Source: Silvanigrellaceae bacterium
GTDB lineage: Bacteria; Bdellovibrionota_B; Oligoflexia; Silvanigrellales; Silvanigrellaceae
DNA length: 64,000 bases
Reading direction: 5' to 3'
NCBI GenBank assembly: GCA_049423385.1
Contig: JBMSQQ010000003.1
Location: 1-64,000 of the forward strand
Part shown: piece by piece, positions 1 to 9,547 of the stretch
Layout of the letters: every line of letters begins with the position of its first letter
Numbering within the stretch: position 1 is the first letter of the stretch
Notes under the pieces: model-generated
Database searches by the model: none
What the model was told of the DNA's origin: nothing
Seen by the model: the letters and a program-made list of their open reading frames with translations, nothing else
Position numbers and translations under genes: made by a program

Positions 1-1
1 T

Positions 2-511
2 GGCAACTCGCCTGCCGAAGCTGCCCAGTGGCAAAAAGAGATCTACACCCTCACCCTGAAAGCGTGCCTTGCGGGTTTGCGCGCAAAGTTCAAGCTCGAT
101 ACGCCATGCAAAGAGATCGACGCCATCTCGCGTGGACCCATCCAAGCCAAAGGATACGACTATGCGCACGGGACAGGCCACGGCATTGGCATTCATGTGC
201 ACGAAAGTGGAATCCGACTGTCGCCCGTGTCGCAATACACCTTCACAGAAAATGCGGTGGTGAGTGTTGAGCCAGGAATCTATCTGGCCGGCAAGGGCGG
301 CGTGCGAATCGAAAATGTCGCCATCGTCACACGCTCGGAAGGTCCAGATGCCCAAGCCAGCCATTGCTTCGAAAATGTGGTTTTCGTTGGTTATGACTGG
401 GATTTGATCGACCTGGAACTGCTGAGCGACGAAGACAAGCGCGACCTCGCCGCCTATGAACGCAAATGCAGAAGCCTGGGAACCAACGTCACGGAGTGTC
501 CGTTGGTTTAG
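2..511 (+). CDS. Xaa-Pro aminopeptidase (M24B), C-terminal part; truncated at window start
   Basis: Open frame from nt 2; YAHGTGHGIGIHVHE, SVEPGIY and GGVRIEN motifs of aminopeptidase P. Confidence 0.9.
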   Translation, partial: GNSPAEAAQWQKEIYTLTLKACLAGLRAKFKLDTPCKEIDAISRGPIQAKGYDYAHGTGHGIGIHVHESGIRLSPVSQYTFTENAVVSVEPGIYLAGKGGVRIENVAIVTRSEGPDAQASHCFENVVFVGYDWDLIDLELLSDEDKRDLAAYERKCRSLGTNVTECPLV

Positions 512-1490
512 TGGAATTCTCTTCGGCAACAACCAAAGCCTGCTGCACGCGAGTTTTTTGAATAAACTTCAGCGCAAAAACAGAAATTTCGCACATCAAA
601 TACAACGGAACAGAGACGATGGTCTGGCTGAAGACATCCGGCGGGCTGATGAAGGCACCGATGATGAAGGACGCCAGGAAGATGATTTTACGATTCTTGG
701 TGATGTGCTCAGGTTTGACGATTCCCACCAGCCCCAGCAGCGAAATCACCACAGGGACCTCAAAGATCACACCAAACATCATCACCAATGTGGTCAATGA
801 TCCAAAATAATTCTCATAGGTCATTTCAACAGAGGCATACTCGGCGGCCCATTGCAGAGTCTGCGACAAAAACGCAGGAACAATAAGGAAAAAGCCGAAA
901 AACAGGCCCGTGTAAAAAAGCACAAGGCTCGCCACCACCAAAACAGAGGCTACCTTGCGCTCACGGTCATAAAGCGCAGGAGAAATGAAGAGCCAAAGTT
1001 CTCGCAAGACAAATGGCGCACCGGCCACTGCGGCAGCGATCATCACCATTTTGAAATTGACCCACATCACTTCGATCAGGCCAATGGTCTTGAGTGTCTT
1101 TGCAGCTGATGCCGAGGCTGCCGTGGCGGTCAGGCATTCCGCTGGCCAGACCAAAAAGTGGCTGAATTTTTGAAACGCCACCTGCAGGCTTTCGCCTGCT
1201 CTCTCTGCCTCGGAAACAAGGTAGCCATAGCAAGTGTAGGGAAGTTGCAGGAAGCGGATCAATGGCTTCATGAACATCAACCCCAAACAACAGAGCCCCA
1301 CGTACCAGTACAATGCCCTGACAACATGTTTGCGCAATTCCGAGACGTGTCCCACGATGCTCATTTCTGCTCCGGGCAATTCCTGTGCGCCTGAAGCAGC
1401 ATTTTTTTGATTCTGGATTGCCCGCTGTCTCTCGAGCTTTTGTGCCATGCCCTTGTCGAACATTCCCGACAGCTTGCCAAACAGGCTCAT
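489..1490 (-). CDS. tatC: Twin-arginine translocase subunit TatC
   Basis: HVSELRKH, LWLFISPALYDRER, FGVIFEVP, FISPPDVFSQ, PLYLMCEIS motifs; about 6 TM helices. Confidence 0.95.
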   Translation of the reverse strand: MSLFGKLSGMFDKGMAQKLERQRAIQNQKNAASGAQELPGAEMSIVGHVSELRKHVVRALYWYVGLCCLGLMFMKPLIRFLQLPYTCYGYLVSEAERAGESLQVAFQKFSHFLVWPAECLTATAASASAAKTLKTIGLIEVMWVNFKMVMIAAAVAGAPFVLRELWLFISPALYDRERKVASVLVVASLVLFYTGLFFGFFLIVPAFLSQTLQWAAEYASVEMTYENYFGSLTTLVMMFGVIFEVPVVISLLGLVGIVKPEHITKNRKIIFLASFIIGAFISPPDVFSQTIVSVPLYLMCEISVFALKFIQKTRVQQALVVAEENSTKPTDTP

Positions 1491-1493
1491 GCT

Positions 1494-4403
1494 TTACTTT
1501 GCCTCCAACCAGGTGCGTCCGAAGCCGACGTCGGCGACCAGCGGAATGGAAAAGTCCACCGCACCCTCCAAAGCATTTTTCAACAATGCGGCGGTGGCGT
1601 CCACCTCGTCACGCGGACATTCCAACACCAGTTCGTCGTGGACCTGGAGGAGCATTCTGGCGTGCAGGCCGCTTTGCGCAAGCGCTTTGGCCACCCTGAG
1701 CATGCCGAACTTCATGATGTCGGCAGCCGTGCCTTGAATTGGCGAGTTGATGGCGATGTTCTCCAGCGCCTTGACCTCGCCCGGATTGAAAGCTCTCGAC
1801 AAATCCACGGGTCTGGGCCGGCCAAACCAGGTGTGCACGACACCGGTATCCCGTGCTTTCTGACGCTGCGCCTCGAGGTAGCGATAAACTCCGGCGAAGT
1901 TCAAAAAGTATCTCTCAATAAATGATTTCGCCTCGGCGAGCGGGATTTTCTGCTCGCGAGCCAATCGCTGAGCACCCATGCCATAGATGATGCCGAAGTT
2001 GATGGTCTTGGCGTTGCTGCGCTCTTCAGACGTGACCTGCTCGGGCTGCTTGCCAAGAATCTTGGCTGCGGTTTGCCTATGGATGTCGGCACCCGATTTG
2101 AAAGCGGCAATCATCGCCTCATCCTGTGCCAAATGCGCCATGACGCGCAATTCAACCTGCGAATAGTCGATCGACACAATCGCCATTGAAGGTTCCGAAG
2201 CGCAAAATGCCTGCCGCACCTTTTTTCCAAGTTCGGTGCGCACAGGAATGTTCTGGAGATTGGGGTCACTGCTCGACAATCGGCCGGTGGCGGTACCAAT
2301 CTGGTTGAAGCTTGTGTGGATGCGACCGGTCGAGGATTTGACCAACTGCGGCAGCACCAAAATATAAGTGCTCAGCAATTTGGAGAGCTCACGGAACTCT
2401 TGAACCAACGCCACCACAGGGTGCGCCTGGAACTGTTCGAGAACGTTGGCATCGGTTTTGTAACCCAAGGTTGTCTTGGCCAACTTGCCCTTGAAACCCA
2501 GCGACTCATGTACCTTGAGATTTTCAAACAACACCACACCCAATTGCTTGGGGCTGGCAATGTTGAATTCTTGTCCCGAAAGAGCGTAAATCTGGCGTTC
2601 AATCTCGGAAATTTTCTGCTGAACATCACCTGCCAAATCAGCAAGATAATCGGCATCGATATGAACACCCGTGCGCTCCATTTCGGCCAACACCTTGAGC
2701 AAGGGCATTTCCAGGTCGTGGAACAAACGCGCAAGTTTCTCTTGGCTGTTCAATTGCGGGTTGAGTTCACTCCACAAACGCAAGGTCGCATCGACATCCT
2801 CGCAAGCATATTCGGAGAGCTGTGCCAGCGGAACCTGTGTCATTGACTGACGACCGGCTTCCTTGCCAATCAACTTTGAAGTCGGAACCTTAGTCAGGCC
2901 CAAAACTTTCAGTGTCTGCGCATCCAGGCCATAGCCACCACCCGAGGGGTTGAGCATCCAGGCAGCAATCATGGTGTCGGCAATCGGAGCAGAACCAAGA
3001 TCCACGCCCAAATTGCGCATCTGGTGAAGGTCAAATTTCAGGTTGTGAGCCACCAATGTTGCTGTGCGCTTTTTGAATGAGTCACTGATGCATTCAAGAG
3101 CGAGCTTGGCTGAAAAATCAGCCTTGGGCAGGCCGTCACACAAACCGCCACCATCCAGATGCGAGTCATACAGCGGCAAATAAAACGCAGTTCCCGGTTC
3201 AAAACAAAAGCTGCAGCCAATCGGCTTGTGCTCAATGAAATCGAGTCCGGTGGTTTCGGTGTCAAAGGCGAAACAGGCGAGATCTGGCGAAGCAATTTTG
3301 TCTGCAAGAGTGTTCAATTCGGCGCGGGTCAACACACAAATGTAATTGCGCTTTCCCCAATCTCCACCGCCCATTTCAGCCGCTGGGACTGTTCTTGTCG
3401 GTTCTGTTTCATCAGTGGAAAACAAAACATCCTGGCTGGCTTCGGACGTCTTTGCAGAACGCTTTGAAGGTGATTTTTTGTCAGTCGGTGCTGCTGCGCC
3501 AGCATCCGATGGCGCAAAACCTTTGAGCAGTGAATTCATGCCTAGGTGTTCGATTTCGAGTTTGAGCTTTTGGTTGTGGGAAAGTTGATCCCAAGTGTAT
3601 CGCATCAGCGATTCGTCGACATTCAGCGGAACTTCGGTGTGAATCTCAACAAGTTGACGCGACAAGAATGCCGAATCGCGGCTGGTTTCAAGCAAACCTC
3701 GCAGACGGGGATTGCTGACCTTGTCGAGGTTTCCGTAGAGCTGCTCAACTGTTCCGAATTCCTGGATCAGCTTGGCAGCGCCCTTTTCGCCGATTCCCTT
3801 GACCCCAGGAACGTTGTCGACCTTGTCACCGATAATCGCCAGCACGTCGCAAACCTGCTCAGGCGGCACTCCAAAATAATCGATGACGTGTTCGCGTCCC
3901 ATGACCTCGTAGTCATCACCTGCCTTGAGTGAAAACAGCTTGATGTGGTCGTTGACGAGCTGCATGAAGTCTTTGTCAGCTGAAACAATAAACACATCAC
4001 CCTGGGTTTCGAAGCGACGGGCAATGGTGCCAATCACGTCGTCACCTTCAAAACCGGCCAACGAAAACGACGGAATATCGGCCCGTTCGAGCAACTCCTT
4101 GATGACTGGAATCTGCGACAAAAGCTCGGGAGGAGTTTCCGAACGGTTGGCTTTGTATTCGGCAAAAGATTCGTGGCGAAAAGTTTTTTCTTTGCGATCC
4201 CAGGTGACAGCCACATGGGTTGTCTTTTGTTCTTTGACCACTTTCTGAAGAATCTTGAGAAAGCCAAAAATGGCCCCCGTCGGCAGACCTTCGGGTGAGG
4301 TGAGTCCCGCCCGCCCCATGGCATAAAAAGAACGGAACAGCAGAGCCATTCCGTCAAAGACAAACAAGCGCGGACGTTCCGACGAATGTTGCGAATGAAT
4401 CAC
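1494..4403 (-). CDS. polA: DNA polymerase I
   Basis: 5'-3' exonuclease (FDGMALLFRSFY, GDKVDNVPGVKGIG); 3'-5' exonuclease (FDTETTG, HNLKFD, YACED); polymerase motifs DYSQVELR, KTINFGIIYG, QVHDEL; GGAGG RBS before GTG. Confidence 0.98.
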   Translation of the reverse strand: MIHSQHSSERPRLFVFDGMALLFRSFYAMGRAGLTSPEGLPTGAIFGFLKILQKVVKEQKTTHVAVTWDRKEKTFRHESFAEYKANRSETPPELLSQIPVIKELLERADIPSFSLAGFEGDDVIGTIARRFETQGDVFIVSADKDFMQLVNDHIKLFSLKAGDDYEVMGREHVIDYFGVPPEQVCDVLAIIGDKVDNVPGVKGIGEKGAAKLIQEFGTVEQLYGNLDKVSNPRLRGLLETSRDSAFLSRQLVEIHTEVPLNVDESLMRYTWDQLSHNQKLKLEIEHLGMNSLLKGFAPSDAGAAAPTDKKSPSKRSAKTSEASQDVLFSTDETEPTRTVPAAEMGGGDWGKRNYICVLTRAELNTLADKIASPDLACFAFDTETTGLDFIEHKPIGCSFCFEPGTAFYLPLYDSHLDGGGLCDGLPKADFSAKLALECISDSFKKRTATLVAHNLKFDLHQMRNLGVDLGSAPIADTMIAAWMLNPSGGGYGLDAQTLKVLGLTKVPTSKLIGKEAGRQSMTQVPLAQLSEYACEDVDATLRLWSELNPQLNSQEKLARLFHDLEMPLLKVLAEMERTGVHIDADYLADLAGDVQQKISEIERQIYALSGQEFNIASPKQLGVVLFENLKVHESLGFKGKLAKTTLGYKTDANVLEQFQAHPVVALVQEFRELSKLLSTYILVLPQLVKSSTGRIHTSFNQIGTATGRLSSSDPNLQNIPVRTELGKKVRQAFCASEPSMAIVSIDYSQVELRVMAHLAQDEAMIAAFKSGADIHRQTAAKILGKQPEQVTSEERSNAKTINFGIIYGMGAQRLAREQKIPLAEAKSFIERYFLNFAGVYRYLEAQRQKARDTGVVHTWFGRPRPVDLSRAFNPGEVKALENIAINSPIQGTAADIMKFGMLRVAKALAQSGLHARMLLQVHDELVLECPRDEVDATAALLKNALEGAVDFSIPLVADVGFGRTWLEAK

Positions 4404-4430
4404 GACAAAAAGCCTCCTTGGCCTTTGGGA

Positions 4431-5790
4431 TTATTTTTCTTCCTCGGCATTGGCTTGCGGTGCCACCGGACGCATGAGCGGAAACAGAACTGTGTCTTTG
4501 ATGTTGTCGCATCCACACAACACCATGGTCAGTCGATCGATGCCGATACCCACGCCCGCAATCGGTGGAAAGCCATGTTCCATCGATACAAGGTAGTCTT
4601 CGTCCATGGGCATCGTCTCTTCGTCACCTGCAGCACGTGCGCGCATTTGCTCTTCAAATCGTTCGCGTTGATCAAGCGGATCGACGAGCTCCGAGTAGGC
4701 TTTGACGATTTCAACTCCGGCCACCACAAACTGCCACATATCCACATAGCGCGGATCGTTTGCGTTGCGGCGAGCGAGCGGAGCCATGTCGGCTGGGTAA
4801 CGTTCAATAAAACAAGGCTGAATCAACTTCGGCCGGGTGACTTTCTTGTAAAGTGCGTCAACCGTGTTCGCCCAGTTCATGGACGCAAGGTCATCGAGGT
4901 GAATGTTTTTCTTCTTGAGCGCCTCGACCAGTTTTTCTTTGGTGGATTCGATGCGGATATCGATGCCACAGTCATTCAATACGAGATCACTGTAGTCATA
5001 AACCGGCCATTCTCCGGAAAAGTCGACCTCATGACCATGCAGTTTGACTTGCGCCGTACCAAACACGCGATTGATGAGGGTGTGAATCATGTCGGCAACA
5101 TATTTGCGCATGACATCGGCATTCCAATAGGCAGCATAGAATTCCAGCATGCTGAAATCCTGAAGGTGAGTTGCCGAAATACCTTCGTTGCGGAAGCAAC
5201 GTGCGAATTCATAGACCTTGTCGAAGCCCGCACCAATGCAACGTTTGAGATAAGTTTCGGGAGCAATACGCAGGGTGCAGGCAATATCCAAAGCGTTGTG
5301 GTGCGTATGAAAAGGCCGTGCCAGCGCACCCGATGGTTGGGTTTGCAACACGGGAGTTTCAACCTCGAGGAAGCCTGCATCCTCAAGCGAGCGGCGCAAC
5401 GACTTGACGATCTCGATACGCTTGCGAAAGACTTCGCGCGATTCGCACGGTGAGTTCATTCGTCTTGGTCCGGAAAATTTCTCCCGTCACACCAACAAAG
5501 TCTCCCACCGCAACATTTGTGGTGAAGGTTTCAAAGATTTCGGGATTTTCTTCAGTTTTACGCACGCAAATCTGCATGCGACCGCTGTGGTCAAAAATGT
5601 GCGCAAAAAGAATTTTGCCCATCGTCCGCAGACCAACGATCCGGCCAGCCACTGAAACATCACGGGTGCCTTCCGGCTCTGCCATCGCCTGCTCGACACA
5701 ATGCGTTTTGGGATAGCTGTCTGCCAGATTCCCGCATTCGCGTTGCTCAAGGAATTTGCTCTTTTTGATTTCAAATACGGAATCTGACAT
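4431..5790 (-). pseudogene. lysS: Lysyl-tRNA synthetase (class II), disrupted in this sequence: OB-fold part (5790-~5446) and catalytic part (~5444-4431) in different frames, about 40 conserved codons missing
   Basis: ORF 5383-5790 has VAGRIV...GDFVGVTGEIFRTKTNELTV; ORF 4431-5459 has ESREVF...FLEVETP, LRIAPETYLKR, FRNEG, GIGIDRL; the LxK..RPLPxKxHG...RYRQRYLDL linker is not found at the junction near 5445. Confidence 0.85.
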
Positions 5791-5811
5791 GGGGAGCGCT
5801 CCCGATTTCTT

Positions 5812-6684
5812 TCAATGAAGCTTTTTTGCCAACATACGGTGGCGAAGGCTTATCACGATGGCTTTCAGCAAAACAAGGACGAAGCCCAACAGGACAATAC
5901 TGCTGCCCACGGGCCAGTCGAGAGCAAAAGCCAAGACCAGCCCCGCAACTGCCAAAAAAGTACTCAACATCAACACGCGAAGCGAAAATGCCGACTTGGG
6001 AGGCAATAAAACAGCTGGGAGTGCCAGAAGAGCAGACATCATCAGACCGCCCACGGCAAACAAACCGGTCAGCACTGCTGAAGTCACCAACACCGGAAAA
6101 AGCCTCTCGATGACCTTGACCCGAAAGCCCATCAACAAGGCAAATTCGGAATCCGACAACCAGGCATTCCAATCACTCTTCAAAAACGCCAAAGTCAGCG
6201 CCACCACAGACAAAACCACAAACAAAAGAACCGCCTCGGACGCAGAAAGAGTGAGCACATCGCCGAACAGAAAGCGCTCCAAATCGATTCGGGTACCGCG
6301 CAGGCGCGAAACCGCAACAACCCCCGAAGCAAAAAAGCCGGTCAGGGCCACCACTGCTGCGCTGTCAGGAGGTATGGCCAACAAACGCTCGAGTTTTTCA
6401 ACCAGCATGCTGCCCAACAGACCAGTCAAGGCAGCGCCAACAATGAGCGACGCCCACAGAGGCAAATCGAAACTCACGGCAACAAAATAACCGCCCACCA
6501 AACCGGGAAAAACCAGATGAGCCAAAGTGTCGCCCACATAAGCGCGTTGTTTCAAGACGATGGTCGGGCTCAAAAGCCCACACATGGCACCGACAAGAAC
6601 GGTGCAAAGCAAGGCCATGCGGGCAAAGTCAGCCTCAAAAAAAGCTGCCAGGGTGCCAAGGTCAATCAGGGAGTTTTGCAACAT
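5812..6684 (-). CDS. znuB: Metal (Zn/Mn) ABC transporter permease, ZnuB/TroC family
   Basis: GDTLAHLVFPG, FLFGDVL motifs; highly hydrophobic; follows ZnuC-like ATPase. Confidence 0.85.
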   Translation of the reverse strand: MLQNSLIDLGTLAAFFEADFARMALLCTVLVGAMCGLLSPTIVLKQRAYVGDTLAHLVFPGLVGGYFVAVSFDLPLWASLIVGAALTGLLGSMLVEKLERLLAIPPDSAAVVALTGFFASGVVAVSRLRGTRIDLERFLFGDVLTLSASEAVLLFVVLSVVALTLAFLKSDWNAWLSDSEFALLMGFRVKVIERLFPVLVTSAVLTGLFAVGGLMMSALLALPAVLLPPKSAFSLRVLMLSTFLAVAGLVLAFALDWPVGSSIVLLGFVLVLLKAIVISLRHRMLAKKLH

Positions 6685-7358
6685 GTGTCGTCCTTGGGCT
6701 CATAGCGAATGGCGCAAATTTCTTCGTTGTGTGAACGCTCAAATACAAATTTTGCCGAAAGGAACTTCTCGTAGGCTTCAAAGTGATGGTCGACCATCAC
6801 CACACAGATGTTCTGCTTGTGTGCCAGAACATGAAGCGTGTTCATCAATTTTTCTTGGCAACACGAATCAAGATTGGCCAAAGGTTCGTCGAGAAAAATA
6901 AATTTGGGCTTGGACAATATCGCACGCGCAACCAACGCCCGGGTCTTTTGCCCACCGCTGAGCAAATGGAAGGATTTCTCGGCATCGGCGCTCAATTCCC
7001 ATTCAACGAGTGCTTCGCGCACCTGCTGCAAAGCATCGTCTTTCGCTGGTGGATGCCGACCAAATCCCTGCATGACAAAATCAACAAGATTAATCTGGAA
7101 GTAACGATTGACCTTGTGGGTTTGCGGCACGTACGTCAGGGATGCGTGGGTTTGTGAACGTTCACCGTTGTTGACCGCCACTCGCCCCGCCATGGGCTTC
7201 ATCAGTCCGAGCCAGGTTTTCAGCAAGGTTGACTTGCCGCAGCCGTTGGGTCCAACGATCGCATAGATGCCGCCATCTTCGACGGTTCCCGAAAAAGGCC
7301 TGTTCAAAGCATCGCGGCCAGGGTAGCCGACGACGAGATTGTCCCAACTCAAACTCAT
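6666..7358 (-). CDS. znuC: Metal ABC transporter ATPase, ZnuC family
   Basis: GPNGCGKST Walker A, YVPQ, LSGGQ, LDEP. Confidence 0.85.
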   Translation of the reverse strand: MSLSWDNLVVGYPGRDALNRPFSGTVEDGGIYAIVGPNGCGKSTLLKTWLGLMKPMAGRVAVNNGERSQTHASLTYVPQTHKVNRYFQINLVDFVMQGFGRHPPAKDDALQQVREALVEWELSADAEKSFHLLSGGQKTRALVARAILSKPKFIFLDEPLANLDSCCQEKLMNTLHVLAHKQNICVVMVDHHFEAYEKFLSAKFVFERSHNEEICAIRYEPKDDTCCKTP

Positions 7359-7372
7359 AAAAACTTAGCACC

Positions 7373-9547
7373 TTAGGGTTTCAGGCCGGCCACAAGGGTA
7401 TCCGCGTTGGTTTCCCAAAGCCCGATGATGGTTCCGGCCGGCTTGTCGGGTGCAGATAACCCATCCCCGTAAAGTTCTCCACCCACTTTCAAGCCAAGCT
7501 CGGCTGCGACCTTCTGAACAGTCTCGGGAGAGGCTGAACTCTCGAGAAAAACAGCCTTTGCTCCTTCTTTGCGGATGCTGTCCAATGCCCGCCGCATTCT
7601 GCCAGGAGTCACCGCACCCTCTGTGGAAATTCCCGATATGGCAACCACTTTGAGGCCAAAAGCTTCGGCAAAATACGAAAACGAATCATGATTGGTTGCC
7701 AACACACGGCGGGTTGATGGGATTGTGGAAATTTTTTTGTGGACGTTGCTCTCGGCCTGCTTCGTTTTTTGAACAAAGGCACGCATGCAGACATCCCAGT
7801 CATTCCGTTTTGAAGGAACTTTGGGCGCGAGAAAATTATACAAATTGAGCGCCACTTCACGCGTGAGCTTGGGTGAGTGCCAAATGTGAGGGTCAAAAAC
7901 ACTCACGCCACGAACATGCATATGTGCATGACCTTCACCTTCAGAGGCATTCCCCGATTCGTCGTCAACCCGACGCAGGTTGAGGCCCCTTGTGGCTGTG
8001 AAAATCTTGTTCTGCGCTCCGGCAGTTTTTTCGTTCCAGGCCTCAACTCCTTCACCAATGATGAGGCGAAGATCTGCTTTTGCCCAGGTCATGCGCCCTT
8101 TGGGAGTGAGTTGATAGCTGTGCGGATCTGCACCGGGGGCAACCAACGAAGGCAAAATTTCAATTCCCTGGCCACCACAGGTCACTTCCTTGGCAATCTC
8201 CTGCAACCAAGCAACACTCGATGCCACCTGAAGAGGTTTGGCATCGGCAACAGCCGATGTGGCCAAAACAAAAAGCGGCAGAACAAACCTGACGGCCAGG
8301 CCATCGGCCAATGAATTGCGCCAGGCTTTGAGCGCCGGAACTATTCCTATTAAAAGTCCGCAGCCGAGAATCGCTGCCACAAATCCCCACTCCAACAACG
8401 TCAACGATTGAATCGGTATGAAGAGCCCCATTTTCCCCTCAATGATGGGTTGAAGAACAAAAAGGATTCCGTAGGTCATTGCGATTCCAATGGCAACGCC
8501 CAAAAAAGTCAGCAGGAAAGCTTCAGCCACCAACAGCAGCGCAATTTTCGGCAAGCCGGCTCCAACGCTGCGGAGAATGGCCATTTCCCTGCGTCTTTCT
8601 TGCAATGACGTGTAAATTGCAATCAGCATGGCGAGCAGACCCACAAACAAAACACTCCACGACACCAGCCGCAATCCATCTTCTGCATATGAAACCACTG
8701 ACCACAATTCGCTGAGCGCAACGCCTGGAATAATCGCCATCAAGGGTTCTTTTTCGTAAATGTTTATTTCACGCTGGAGTCCAAGTGTTTCAAAACGGTT
8801 TTTGGTGCGCACCAAAAACGAAGTGATCTGGCCAATCCGGATATCTTCCTTGCGTAGGCTGGATGACGGTATCTCTTCACCTCTTCGTGGTGGGGCTCCG
8901 TCTTTCCAGTCCATGTGAATTGCTTCCAGACCTTCCAGGGTGACGTAAATGGAACGATCGATGGGTGTGCCCGTTTTGCCAAGAATCCCAACGACCGTGA
9001 ATGGCTTGTCGTCGTGGTTCAAAATTCCGGGACCGTCGGTCACACCATGGGTGACAGCAACGCTCTGACCCATTTTATAAGCGAGTTTTTCTGCAACTTC
9101 GGCACCCAAAGCCACGTCCAAAATTCCGTCTGGTGCACGTCCTTGCGCAAAAACAACCTGCTTGTCCTGGCGAAAACGATAGTGCTCATAAAAATTCGCA
9201 TTCGTACCGACAACCCGAAAACCACGGTGGCTGTCGCCCAATGAAATCGGAATGACCCACTTCACTGCGGGATGTTTGCTGAACGACTCATAGGTTTCAT
9301 GCGAAATATTGGCTGTGGCGCTGCCCATGCGAAACACGGTGTAAAGCAATAGCTGAATCGTCCCGCCCTTGGCTCCAACAATCAGGTCGGTCTGCGAGAT
9401 GGTGTTTGAAAAACTTTCCCGCGCACCAAGGCGAATCCGTTCAATGCCCAGCAAAAGCATCACGCTCAAAGCGATGGAAAACACGGTCAGCGTTGCTGTC
9501 ACATTGCGATTCCACAAACTTTTCCAAAGAATCCTGAGAAGGGTCAT
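7373..9547 (-). CDS. Fusion: MacB/FtsX-type ABC permease (aa ~1-421) + ZnuA/TroA-type metal-binding protein (aa ~422-724)
   Basis: N-part TDLIVGAKGG, SLGDSHRGFRVVGT, ERRREMAILRSVG, ending SLADGLAVR; then hydrophobic signal-like stretch and DPHSY, His loop GHAHMH, DPHIW, HDSFSYF, YGDGL metal-ligand motifs. Confidence 0.85.
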   Translation of the reverse strand: MTLLRILWKSLWNRNVTATLTVFSIALSVMLLLGIERIRLGARESFSNTISQTDLIVGAKGGTIQLLLYTVFRMGSATANISHETYESFSKHPAVKWVIPISLGDSHRGFRVVGTNANFYEHYRFRQDKQVVFAQGRAPDGILDVALGAEVAEKLAYKMGQSVAVTHGVTDGPGILNHDDKPFTVVGILGKTGTPIDRSIYVTLEGLEAIHMDWKDGAPPRRGEEIPSSSLRKEDIRIGQITSFLVRTKNRFETLGLQREINIYEKEPLMAIIPGVALSELWSVVSYAEDGLRLVSWSVLFVGLLAMLIAIYTSLQERRREMAILRSVGAGLPKIALLLVAEAFLLTFLGVAIGIAMTYGILFVLQPIIEGKMGLFIPIQSLTLLEWGFVAAILGCGLLIGIVPALKAWRNSLADGLAVRFVLPLFVLATSAVADAKPLQVASSVAWLQEIAKEVTCGGQGIEILPSLVAPGADPHSYQLTPKGRMTWAKADLRLIIGEGVEAWNEKTAGAQNKIFTATRGLNLRRVDDESGNASEGEGHAHMHVRGVSVFDPHIWHSPKLTREVALNLYNFLAPKVPSKRNDWDVCMRAFVQKTKQAESNVHKKISTIPSTRRVLATNHDSFSYFAEAFGLKVVAISGISTEGAVTPGRMRRALDSIRKEGAKAVFLESSASPETVQKVAAELGLKVGGELYGDGLSAPDKPAGTIIGLWETNADTLVAGLKP

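Noticed and set aside
4386..5453. 355-aa plus-strand ORF (likewise 32385-33461, 45729-46817, 53711-54730)
   Set aside because: Antisense shadows of well-supported genes with no recognisable motifs
4431..5459. Calling the catalytic ORF an EpmA/GenX paralog
   Set aside because: The anticodon-binding OB domain lies directly upstream and motifs (GALARPF.TH, LRIAPE.YLKR) are LysRS-type
5430..5470. Programmed ribosomal frameshift in lysS
   Set aside because: No slippery heptamer, and about 40 conserved codons are physically missing
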